A stretch of 64,000 bases of DNA, taken from positions 32,001 to 96,000 of IMG/VR virus record IMGVR_UViG_3300012953_000001, one strand, 5' to 3'. Of this stretch, positions 46,433 to 56,500 are shown piece after piece. Source of the stretch: a virus. The stretch's first letter is position 1; each line of letters starts with the position of its first letter. Position numbers and translations under genes: made by a program. A model generated the notes under the pieces. That model saw only the letters and a list, made by a program, of their open reading frames with translations. It searched no databases and had not been told where the DNA came from.

Positions 46433-47089
46433 CTAGAATCTCAATTCCCACTCAACGCGCAAAACAACATTCGGTGTTACTGCAATTGGGTCAAAAATAT
46501 TATACGCCACCAAGTAATTTGGCTGCGAGGGGTCCGCTTCCCCAGGTATTGCGGGAACTGCTTCATGGGTAAATGTTGCATTAGCATCTGATAAATACAA
46601 ACCAGCTTCAGAAATTGGAACAGAGGTTCCAACATCAACATTTGATACCCGAGTAATGTTACCCGCAAACGATAGCTCTGTCTCTGCAATATCAACAATA
46701 AACCTAGTCCTGAAGTCTCCCGGGAAGTAGGTACTATTGTTTGACTGATTATCGACCTGCTTTAGGTACAGACGCTGTGAGCCTAAAAGCTGGATAGGTA
46801 CCGGATCTTGTAAGGAGGTAACCGTCACTAACTCGGTCTGTCCTGTAGCAAAAAGGGTATTGGTCTGTAGCGCACCGCCACAACCAAATCCCATGTACCC
46901 AATCTTTGATGTAACGTGCGGGCTTGGTGGATCTGTAGAGTAATCATCAGAGCCAACCAGCATCGCCAACCAAGCCCTTCCGGTATTGGTGACAACATTG
47001 TGGCTTAAGCGGCGGTCAACCAACTTACCATCCTTATAAACTCCAATGGCAACATTGATCGTCGGGTCTAGTTTATCTGTTAAAAGCAT
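46433..47089 (-). CDS. tail-collar/baseplate fibre-attachment-like protein
   Basis: HNVVTNTGRAWLA, YMGFGCGG, ISEAGLY, IAVTPNVVLRVEWELRF. Confidence 0.7.
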   Translation of the reverse strand: MLLTDKLDPTINVAIGVYKDGKLVDRRLSHNVVTNTGRAWLAMLVGSDDYSTDPPSPHVTSKIGYMGFGCGGALQTNTLFATGQTELVTVTSLQDPVPIQLLGSQRLYLKQVDNQSNNSTYFPGDFRTRFIVDIAETELSFAGNITRVSNVDVGTSVPISEAGLYLSDANATFTHEAVPAIPGEADPSQPNYLVAYNIFDPIAVTPNVVLRVEWELRF

Positions 47090-47098
47090 TGTTAACTC

Positions 47099-49039
47099 CT
47101 ACCCGCCGTCTTCTTCGGTTTCACTAGCGAGGGCTTCATTTTGTGTATCATAGATTGCGGCCAATTCAGGGTAATTGTTCCTAGCTTCTTCCTCGCTGGC
47201 AACCTCAATCCCCTGAGCAGCTAATACAGCCAGCAGGGTTGGGTAAGTATTACTAACCGAAACAGTGTTTACTGTCGCCCCGTAATACTCCGGAGTTGTC
47301 CCGCTAGAAGGCGTATAGCTGTACCCTTGCCCCCCAGAGATCGAGCCGGTCGATTCGCCAGGGTTGTAGCCTGAGTTGGTGTAGGTCTGGTACGGGTCAC
47401 CCCAGTAGACTGCAAACCCCTTATGGGTATTCGACCCATCAGCATTAAAATACACTACTAGTGTCTCTACGTTTTGTGAGGGGTCCCAATCGTTGGGGTA
47501 ATCAGGAAACCTTAAGAATACAGGCGGGTTCGTATACCAGTCATTGCTCCAGAAATTGGGCATTGGGTTTCCATTCTCCAACCACACCTCATTGTCACTT
47601 TCGTGTCCACTGAACGTCCAATTGTTGACCTCTTCCCCGTCCCTCATCAGGACCAAAGAAATAGTGTCTACAGAAGTTTCGGTACTGTAATACACGGCCA
47701 CGTGGTTTGACTGCCCATCGGCGTAGAACGCAGGGGTAAACCCTCCGTCTGGAGCAATGCTTGTTTGACGCATCTCATCGTTTCCGTAATTACCACTCTC
47801 CCCGCCAGTGTCATATAAGACGCCTGCTGGGGCGTAAATAGTGTCACCCTGTCCTATAATAAATGCTGTGGTCGGGTAATCACACGAACCGTCGTCTATT
47901 GTGGCGTTAGGATCGTGATTAATTGCTGCTGGATCTGTGCAGCCGTAGAACTCCCCTCCACCTGATGGGTTTGATGGGTCGTAGGTGCCTGCGACTTTCA
48001 AAAGAAGTCTAATGGGTTCCGCGTCCGTCTCTGTGTACCCGTCATCTTGTCCGAGGGGGTCTGTCGAAAATGTATATGGTGGTGGGCTGCTCGGGTTATG
48101 TCCCGAGGAATCCGTGAACACCATCTGTGTGCTTTTTAATTGCGTAGGGGAGGTGTACCCAAGGTGCGCAGTATTATTGTTAATCCAGCCACCATAGTCA
48201 CCCTCGAAATCCTTTTTGAAGTGTCGCCAAGAGTTTTGGTAACCCTCGCCAGAATACCCAGTACAAATACCTAACCAATACCACCCCGGACCAAGGACTA
48301 AGGGAGTAGAGTAGTTGTGCACGACCGCGCCAAGATCACTAACAAATACCCCACCATCAGTCCAAGAGTTGGGGACATACATATCTGGTCCCGAAACCCC
48401 CGAGGTGCCAAGGTTGGTGTACACCGCCATAGAGATATACCCCTGAGACAGTAGTTGGGTGCACTCGGTGGCTATCGCGGAAAAGGCTGTGACGTAATCA
48501 ACACGAAAAGGAACTGCGTACCAAGTATTTTCGCGCAACGTGTACAGAGAGTTTGCGTCAGTGCAAGGGCCCAAACCATCCCCATTGTCGTACCACTTAC
48601 CCGGGTTCATGTGCAGACGGGTTCCTGCTGAGGTGGAACTCGGGGCATCCATGCCTTCCATCCACCCAAACCACATCACTAAAGGAATAGTGCTGACCCA
48701 TCTGCCCGTTTCGCTATCCGATAAGTCATCTGGTTTTACGTAATAAAGGGCAATCCAGGGAGGAGGTGTATCCCCCATATCCGTGTCTAGCCAGCCCAAT
48801 GAGTTTGGATCCCAAGAGTACATTCCCCAGGTCTTGGCTGGGAAAGGCATAATACCGCCAGAAGCAGCATCCCAATCGAAATTCCGGATGCACGCAATTT
48901 GCCCCTGAGAAAGGTTAGTTCGGTGCTGACTGGAGTCATCGGCGCTACCACCTTTTAAAGCGTCGATAGCCTTAAGCTCGTCTAAATTCTCGACGACTAA
49001 CTGGCCTACAGTAAGTGTATTTGCTTGTTTATGCGACAC
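47099..49039 (-). CDS. tail-associated protein with GCTD-type repeat and CUB-like domain
   Basis: start reassigned to GTG 49039 (GGGAG RBS after upstream stop); GCTDPAAINHDPNATIDDGSCDY; GVLYDTGGESGNYGNDE...VYFNADGSNTHKGFAVYW. Confidence 0.7.
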   Translation of the reverse strand: MSHKQANTLTVGQLVVENLDELKAIDALKGGSADDSSQHRTNLSQGQIACIRNFDWDAASGGIMPFPAKTWGMYSWDPNSLGWLDTDMGDTPPPWIALYYVKPDDLSDSETGRWVSTIPLVMWFGWMEGMDAPSSTSAGTRLHMNPGKWYDNGDGLGPCTDANSLYTLRENTWYAVPFRVDYVTAFSAIATECTQLLSQGYISMAVYTNLGTSGVSGPDMYVPNSWTDGGVFVSDLGAVVHNYSTPLVLGPGWYWLGICTGYSGEGYQNSWRHFKKDFEGDYGGWINNNTAHLGYTSPTQLKSTQMVFTDSSGHNPSSPPPYTFSTDPLGQDDGYTETDAEPIRLLLKVAGTYDPSNPSGGGEFYGCTDPAAINHDPNATIDDGSCDYPTTAFIIGQGDTIYAPAGVLYDTGGESGNYGNDEMRQTSIAPDGGFTPAFYADGQSNHVAVYYSTETSVDTISLVLMRDGEEVNNWTFSGHESDNEVWLENGNPMPNFWSNDWYTNPPVFLRFPDYPNDWDPSQNVETLVVYFNADGSNTHKGFAVYWGDPYQTYTNSGYNPGESTGSISGGQGYSYTPSSGTTPEYYGATVNTVSVSNTYPTLLAVLAAQGIEVASEEEARNNYPELAAIYDTQNEALASETEEDGG

Positions 49040-49049
49040 AGCGAACTCC

Positions 49050-52000
49050 CTATATGACCAGCCAGTTACTGCCGTCAGCAACGAAAGTAGCGGAGCCATA
49101 GCCTTGTGTATATCGTATAGTAGTCAGACCATCGATAGTCTGACCTAACCCTGCTGGTGGGTTGACAACAACATCATGCCTGCCGCCGCTAAGACCTTTG
49201 GCATCTTTAACAGTTACGGTCCTCCCTGTGTCCAATGCGCTAGGTAATTCAATTACAACATCAGAGATAAGCCCCGTACCCAAGTCCGCCGCGATGAATT
49301 CATCGGTCGGCTGTACCAGATAAGGACTTGTCGGATTAGCCAATGTTGGATCTATCACTTTCAGATCAACATGACCGCCACCAACAGTGGCCTGTGTCTG
49401 GCCCCTAAGCCAAATAACACAAGTTACCTCTGCTCCAGAATCTAGAACCGTACCGTCTTCTATGACTTGAACCGCAATCGACTGCCCAGCAGCGACTGGT
49501 ATATTTAAATTTGGTTTTATCGACTGGGGCCACGTGCCGTTCCCAGACCAAGCCACCTCACTCGATGCGTACCAGACAGCCGCGTTCCCAAACGAATTTG
49601 GGTCTGCGGAAATGTTGTCTGAGCTTGGGAGGACTCCCACCCGTAAGCGTAACGAGCCTTCACCCGTATTTATCGCGTTAGTGTGGTTGTAACGGTAGGA
49701 CACCCCAATAATCTCAGCCCCAAAAGGAAGGACTGCGGATTGTCCGTGGTGATCCACTCCCGTCCCAGAATTGGCACCAAAACACCCATAGTGAGTAATA
49801 TAAGTATTACCACTGATGGGGTCTGTAAACTCAGGACCGTCTCCTTGGCCAACGGTTCCTTGGGTGTGGTTCATAACAGTGCAATTAAGCGCTGTCTGCC
49901 ACACGTTCTCCTCGCTAGCTAAGCCAGAGCCGATTGTGTTGGTGCCAATTTTGAGATTAAAATTGTTATCCATCCAGAGCGTAGCTTGCTCAAAGTTAGA
50001 TGGAGCGCCTTTAGCGGTTGCCGGGTTTCCGGCTTGAGTCTTAAGGACGAGCCCTGTCGGGTCCAACAGCCCAGTCACCCCAACATCGCCGTCAACGATG
50101 AAGGTGTTGCTCTTCCAACCCCAGTTCTGTCCAGCAATGACCTGTGACGGTAGTTGGGAAGTTACACCGAGCACCCCATCTTCGAGGTATACCTTGTTCG
50201 CAAAGCTTGGGTTCTCAAAGGTAATGACCCCATCTGACCCGCCCGCTTGGCTCTTACCGCCTCGAACAATGATATCGCCACCGCGAACACCGTCTCCCGC
50301 GCCAAGTCTTAAATCACCACCAAATGAAATGTCGTCTGGATTTCCGTTAACACCAATGCCAGTACCAGCTAAAAGCTCGACACTACCGCCCTTAGAGGCG
50401 TTTGGAAGGAAGTCGTCGCCGTGACCCGCGTGGAGAACGATATCTCCACCATCAACGCCTCCTCCGGGAGTCAGTGCGTTACCACCAGTCACCAGCACTG
50501 TGCCAGGAGCACCACCACCAGAGCCACCCGCGTTAACTCTTACTGAGCCGCCATCTTTAACACCATTAGCGTCTGCATTACCGCCGACAATGTTGACCGT
50601 GCCAGGGACGGTATCAGGAAAGGACGCGCTTAAGGTTTGTAGCGTTGTTGACCCTGTGGCGTTGGTGCCCATACCACCGCTGATGACAACATCACCAGGG
50701 AGGGATGCGGGTTCTGGAGCTACCCCATTAAACCCGTCAGCATTAAACCCGCCTTCGATATAAACGGATCCTGCTTTCGCCCCTGCGCCGGGTCCAGAGT
50801 TGGAGTCTGCGAGAAGACGACCGCCTTTAATATATAGGTCTGGAGAGGTAAAATAGTTAAGCGACCCAGGGTCACCAATACCAGCTTCAATGTGAAGCGT
50901 ATCTGGGCTTCCAAGGACGCCATTAAACCCGTCCATACCCTTGAGGAATACGTCCGCGCCTACCCCATTATTTTGTAGTTGGTGAGTAAGCGTTAGTCGG
51001 GAATCCGCCAACGCGGCCCCAAGGACACCATCCCATCGAGTAATCGCGTTATCTACTGATGAGCCATTAGCTGGGCCGTTGACGTTCCCGCCACCGCCAC
51101 CACCGCCACCAACCAATTGGTGCACAGTACCAGTCTCATCCTTGTAATAAGGCATGTTCTGGGTAAGTGCTGCATCTGAACCGTCTGCGACGAAGATCGC
51201 TCCTTGGGCGGCGTCGATCTCTGCGTTAGCCCCTGCGGGCAGGTTGGTTGCGTGGTCAGTCTCATCGAAGACTAATCCGATAGGGTCGATAATCCCAGTT
51301 ACCTTGAGATCACCATGAACCGTTAAGGTCTTACCCGCAGTGGCACCACCAACACCAAAGTATGATTGAGTGCCAGATGTATAGACGTTTCCGCCAACAG
51401 TAACATCCTGTGCAACATTGGCGTGTCCAGTGGAGATATTCACATCCCCAAGGGCTACGTTGACGCTGCCTTGCTGTAAGTTCACGTCACCTATGGTTAG
51501 GTTGGCGCTACCAACGAGCATCTCCAAGTTACCACCGAGGATATTCGCATCCCCGTTGATGACAGTGAACGTCTGGGCGACATCAAAATTGTTGGAGACG
51601 TAGCCATCGCCAAACACATGAAAGTCTGTAGTCGGATTACCAACAACTGCGCCGACAGCGACCCCACCATTAATAATTCTAATGTGCTCTACTAGGGCCG
51701 CGTTTGGCTCATCGTAGATATAAAAAGATAGTCGATCTTCGTCGTGCTCTGCGGCTACAAACGTGGACACATGCTCAATGCGAGCGGCTGCGGGAACAAT
51801 CGCTGTTCCAAAATCAATCGCGTTTTTACGCTCAGTATTCTGAGCAGGCATGACATGCTTAAACTCAAATGTCGAAGCATCTGAGCCATCATTAATGTTG
51901 CCACCAGTAGACTCTAGTCTGATTGTCGCTGTGTCCTGCCCATCAGCATGAGAGATGTGCAGCTTCTTTTGTGGTTGGGCGTCACCAACACCTACATACT

Positions 52001-53540
52001 GACCCAGGCCTGTCTGCCAAGCCATAAGGGTTACGCCACTATTATTTTTACATATTACTGGGTGTCCAGCAGTTGCCCAGTCAGCCTCTAGGTTCCAACG
52101 ATTTGTCCCGCTCTCAGACAACACGATCATTGGGTGATCATTAAAATTATCACCACTAATATCTAAGTAGCCTTCTGGGGATCTGGTGTTAATACCTACG
52201 AAGGTAACGTTGTTCCCACCAGAGTCTTGTCCGTGCCCATCAATGTATAAACCAGCGGAAGGAGGGTTCGCTCCTCCGTGTGGGAGTATATGAAAAGAGG
52301 TAACCGCATTGGTGGTGTAGAACGTGGCGTCAAACTCACCCATAACAGTTGGATGAGGAACTGCGTGACTTAGGTGGATGTCACTATCTTTAATGAGTTG
52401 GCCCGTGGTCCCATCCCAACGGACTAAATGCTCGTCTTGGCTGGAGATTGGTCCGTGGACTACCCCAGGAAGCATGGTGGTAGAGCCGTGGAACCAGATA
52501 GACCCTGGAATATTTCCTCCGCCACCTGTCTCAGAACCTACTACTAGGACAACACCTACTACACGAACGTTTGCTGGTGTGGCGATCTGGGTGATGTCAG
52601 AAGTTAGGAACCCGCCGTCCGAGATGTAGACTCGGTCCCCTACTGATGCGGCAGCGCCATTATCCAACGTGTTTGTTGAATAGGGGACTACACCGTCAAC
52701 AAGAAGGTAGCTTCTTTCCCCGTTAGGAACAGCATCGTGAAGCGTCAAGAAGATTGGAGCCTCTTTGATAGAGGCCATAGTCGCGTCTATAAGATCGTAC
52801 TGTAAGTTATAGTTCTGGAAGTCTTCCAGACTAACGTCGGAGCCTTTCCAGCGGTAAAGCGTGTTGGCGTCCAGCGTAACTGGTTTTCCAATATCAACGA
52901 GACTACCAGACCTGTTCTGACCACTCGCGATTCTCCTGCCGCCAAGGCTTTTAGAAACAGTGTTTAGGTAACGCTCGACACTTCTAGCCCAGCCCTCATC
53001 AGCGTCGTACTCGGTTGTCTCACCAGCAGCAATAGCTGACGTAGCAGTGGACCAGTTTGCAGGATCTTGTCCCGGGTGCTCCGCGCTGTCTGCCCCCAAG
53101 ACGTTAGCATCAGTGACCTCAAATAATACCGTAAACTCATCAGCTTCCGGGTTAAGAATCGTAGTGCCAGGAACCCCATTAGGGTCTTGCACCCACTGCT
53201 GCGCATTTACTCTAACAAGCCATCTTCCAGGAAGGTTGGGAGTGAATACTTGAGGATTGGCTACGGTTCCGCCTGTGGTCGGGTTCCCGGTGCCAGGGGC
53301 AAGCTGTACGGGCAGACCATCTGGCCCAAATAGATCCCACGAAGAGGTTGAGAGGTCGTACTCGCCTACACTCTGTGAGGCGTCCGTGTCGAATGCGTCG
53401 GTTGGGTTTGCAGGGTCGTTATCTTGGTCAAGCCACACCTCGCAAACCCAGTTCGCCAATTGGTCATAAAGGACCGAATTGGGAGCGCTTCCGTTTGACT
53501 GATCGCCCGTGCCTTGTGATTTAATTACTAGAGTAGCCAT
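49050..53540 (-). CDS. long tail fibre protein
   Basis: 1496 aa; two RWDG repeats, G[DN]hxhxxG beta-repeats, C-terminal IELP...GRTVTVKD...TIDG...FVADGSNWLVI fibre module. Confidence 0.8.
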   Translation of the reverse strand: MATLVIKSQGTGDQSNGSAPNSVLYDQLANWVCEVWLDQDNDPANPTDAFDTDASQSVGEYDLSTSSWDLFGPDGLPVQLAPGTGNPTTGGTVANPQVFTPNLPGRWLVRVNAQQWVQDPNGVPGTTILNPEADEFTVLFEVTDANVLGADSAEHPGQDPANWSTATSAIAAGETTEYDADEGWARSVERYLNTVSKSLGGRRIASGQNRSGSLVDIGKPVTLDANTLYRWKGSDVSLEDFQNYNLQYDLIDATMASIKEAPIFLTLHDAVPNGERSYLLVDGVVPYSTNTLDNGAAASVGDRVYISDGGFLTSDITQIATPANVRVVGVVLVVGSETGGGGNIPGSIWFHGSTTMLPGVVHGPISSQDEHLVRWDGTTGQLIKDSDIHLSHAVPHPTVMGEFDATFYTTNAVTSFHILPHGGANPPSAGLYIDGHGQDSGGNNVTFVGINTRSPEGYLDISGDNFNDHPMIVLSESGTNRWNLEADWATAGHPVICKNNSGVTLMAWQTGLGQYVGVGDAQPQKKLHISHADGQDTATIRLESTGGNINDGSDASTFEFKHVMPAQNTERKNAIDFGTAIVPAAARIEHVSTFVAAEHDEDRLSFYIYDEPNAALVEHIRIINGGVAVGAVVGNPTTDFHVFGDGYVSNNFDVAQTFTVINGDANILGGNLEMLVGSANLTIGDVNLQQGSVNVALGDVNISTGHANVAQDVTVGGNVYTSGTQSYFGVGGATAGKTLTVHGDLKVTGIIDPIGLVFDETDHATNLPAGANAEIDAAQGAIFVADGSDAALTQNMPYYKDETGTVHQLVGGGGGGGGNVNGPANGSSVDNAITRWDGVLGAALADSRLTLTHQLQNNGVGADVFLKGMDGFNGVLGSPDTLHIEAGIGDPGSLNYFTSPDLYIKGGRLLADSNSGPGAGAKAGSVYIEGGFNADGFNGVAPEPASLPGDVVISGGMGTNATGSTTLQTLSASFPDTVPGTVNIVGGNADANGVKDGGSVRVNAGGSGGGAPGTVLVTGGNALTPGGGVDGGDIVLHAGHGDDFLPNASKGGSVELLAGTGIGVNGNPDDISFGGDLRLGAGDGVRGGDIIVRGGKSQAGGSDGVITFENPSFANKVYLEDGVLGVTSQLPSQVIAGQNWGWKSNTFIVDGDVGVTGLLDPTGLVLKTQAGNPATAKGAPSNFEQATLWMDNNFNLKIGTNTIGSGLASEENVWQTALNCTVMNHTQGTVGQGDGPEFTDPISGNTYITHYGCFGANSGTGVDHHGQSAVLPFGAEIIGVSYRYNHTNAINTGEGSLRLRVGVLPSSDNISADPNSFGNAAVWYASSEVAWSGNGTWPQSIKPNLNIPVAAGQSIAVQVIEDGTVLDSGAEVTCVIWLRGQTQATVGGGHVDLKVIDPTLANPTSPYLVQPTDEFIAADLGTGLISDVVIELPSALDTGRTVTVKDAKGLSGGRHDVVVNPPAGLGQTIDGLTTIRYTQGYGSATFVADGSNWLVI

Positions 53541-53543
53541 TGA

Positions 53544-56500
53544 CTAAACTCCTCCAAACGGGCCTGTTCCCCAAGCATTCACGCCCCAGCCGTCTTGTGA
53601 GTGGTAAAAAGCTTTTGGAACAACATCCTCATCCATATGGTACTGCCATACACCGCCAGATTTCATCTGGTATGGCCGGTAGTTTCGCACAATAATATCA
53701 TAATAACCGTATTCTGGAAGGTTATCAGGGACATGCAATTCAAGTACGTGACCATCGCTTGGCTGATCAGGACCGCCGTACAGAAAGTGTTGGTCACCAT
53801 CCCTGTCTTTTCCAAGGTACGTGACTAGTTGGCCTGGGTTTACTCCTTGCTCAAAGTGGTAAGAATCCACCGGAATCTCTAAACCAGTTGTTGAGCTTCT
53901 AAAAAACACCCAGGAACCTCCTATAATACCTTGCTGAATCGACGGGTCTCCGTAACTATCTGGAGTACTCGTTGGGATCCTAACCCTTGTAGGGTCATCA
54001 TTACAGAAATAAAACCCACAAATTCTGATATCGAACCCCGCAGACGAGGGCACGATCATCTTAACCGCTGGAGGCGGAATAAAGAACTCAGTGAATCCAT
54101 GCGTATAGTGATAGTCCTTTCTAGGTCTAATCTTCAACCCATAGTGAATATTCTGTAAATAGGCTGACACCAATGGCGATTGATTAAAATCTTGGATGTT
54201 AACCGCGTTCATTGAGTCTAAGGCCCCTACATCCTCGTAACCGTACGTAAGCTTCGTGATATTTGTATTAATAACATTCTGCCAGTCTGAGTAAACCCCA
54301 GGACTATTACTAGGAATAAACTGTTCATTACCTGGAACAGAAGACCTATAAGGATGTTGTTGTACCTCTTTTTCGTGCTTCTCCGCTAATTGGTAAAACT
54401 CTGGGCTATGCCCTAAATAACCAAATGTCCCGGCCTCAACAGCATCAGGAGCAGTTATCTCAAACGCGTTCGCGTTGATGACATTTGAGACCGCATATTC
54501 CCCGTTTAGCTTTACGGTCCCTGGCGCAATTGTAGTTTGATCTGTGTTCCAGATTCGCACCATATCCCCTGCAATTAGGTGATGTGGATGCATTGTTTGT
54601 ACTTCTGGGTCGGGACCCATTCCTCCGCCAGCGGTTATAGCGGCAATAATACCGCCAAACTTTGCGCTGGTCTCTACATAGGACCCATCAAATGTCGGAG
54701 AAGACTGCTGCCAACTCTTGATGGTGATTCCGCCCGAACCGTTTGGAAAGGGACCAGCCCCAGAATCCACGGGGAGATACTTAGTTAAAATAAGTGATGG
54801 ATCGGAGGCTGGTCCATACTCGATAAGTTTGTCCTGCTGCCAGATGGTCTCCAGTAAGAAATATGGGTACTCCGGTGGGTTTATCTGCCCAGGATAAGAA
54901 ACGTGTGGCTCATGTGATCTTCGAATCACCTGCTCGTCCAGGGGTGGGACCAACTCTGCAATAGCGCCGCTCCACTTGCCCACAATCTGTAGGCTCATTC
55001 CTGGTGCCCATACAGTATTATCGTAAATATTTGTTAGGACATCTAGTCGGGACTCGTCCCCGTAAGCGTTGTAGTTCTGCTGTAAAGGTTCAACATCCCA
55101 CTCGTTAAGTTCGTCGGTGTCTGAACGGTCAAATCCCAGAAGGAGGTACGTGTTCGGATGCTCGTGCTGTGGGGAAAAAATACCGGTCCAAACCTTGAGA
55201 GGGTCCCACGCAGGGATCTTAGGATGAACCCCCGCACCAATATGTAAGATGACTGGCGGGGCAACTTCCCAAATACCAGCGTCCACTTTTCCCGTAGTAT
55301 TTATATGAACCTCAATCGGCTCCCCAATTTGGAACTCAATGTCTTCTTGAGCAGGGGTCGTGTCTTTCAGTACGGGAACCATTATTCTAGATCGGACAAC
55401 GTCAATGTCCGAGCTAAGCGTGTTCACCATGTCTAAGGTTTTACGCTTAAAGTTCCAGGAGCCGTCTCCTGAATAGTCGTCCAAAACGCCTTCGCAGTAA
55501 CCGGACTCGTACTTCTCAAGCACGTCCTCTTTATCCCAATAAGTAACCACTGGTGGGTGGTTGTTGAGTATGTCGGCTGCGGGGTCTGCGAACAGATAGA
55601 TCTTTTCTATGACCCCCTCAAGCCCTAAAAGGTTCATCCCCGCATTAGTCTGCGAAAACTTTGCGAGCACAAAGGCTGGCGCACCATTAGTGGGAAGGCC
55701 CCCAGTCCCAGAAACTGTCTTGTCCATAATATGAAACTGGTCGCCCACAAAAAACCCGAAGCTCTGGGCACCGGAATGCCAAGCCACACCTAGGTTTGTT
55801 AAGTTCGCATTAGACAAAACATGTGGAGGCTGTGGAGGCTGTAGAGGGGTAACCACCTCCCCGTATGCGAAGTTAGCGCCGGTCTGAATTGTATACTCAG
55901 CAGTAATTGGCGGGTTAGCTCCAGCACTGAATGTCACGTTAAAGCCGCCAGGGAGCAGGTCCTCCGCTATAGCTTGAGTCAGTAAGTCTGTGTAGTCGAT
56001 AGACGCCACTTTCTCGTAGGTCTTAGACTTGGGCCACAACAAATCTTCTCTAGACTTGGGCACCACTGGGTGGGCCTCTTGTTGGGCCACGCTGTTGTCC
56101 CAAAGCACGTTCTGGTCGTTTAATGCCCAGAATGGCGAGGTATGTGGAGTATCTTTTAGAGATAGGGTTGGATACAGGTACGGAGTATCTACAACGCTGA
56201 TTTCATCAGTAAGTTGCAGGGAGCCTATGAGAATAAAATCTGTGTACGCGGGTTTCGCGTCATCAAGAAAGGTCTTAATTAGCGGAAATACTTGAGTGGA
56301 CTGCGTGACTGCCATCGGCACGTCAACAACAAACTTGTGGTATTTCTCTATTTGGGTCGGTGTTTGATCGACAATATGTGTGTTGCCCTGCTCATCTATG
56401 TACGTATAGGAGTTCCCACCAAACTGCCTGTCAATCAAGTCTGGGTCTGAGATGTAGTCTGCAATAGTAACTACATCAACGAGCTTGGAGTACATCGTTA

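Noticed and set aside
49123-49144. GTCAGAC/GTCTGAC inverted repeat
   Set aside because: Short, inside coding sequence, no U-tract; likely chance
38681-53540. Diversity-generating retroelement acting on tail fibres
   Set aside because: No reverse transcriptase and no template/variable repeat pair seen in the window
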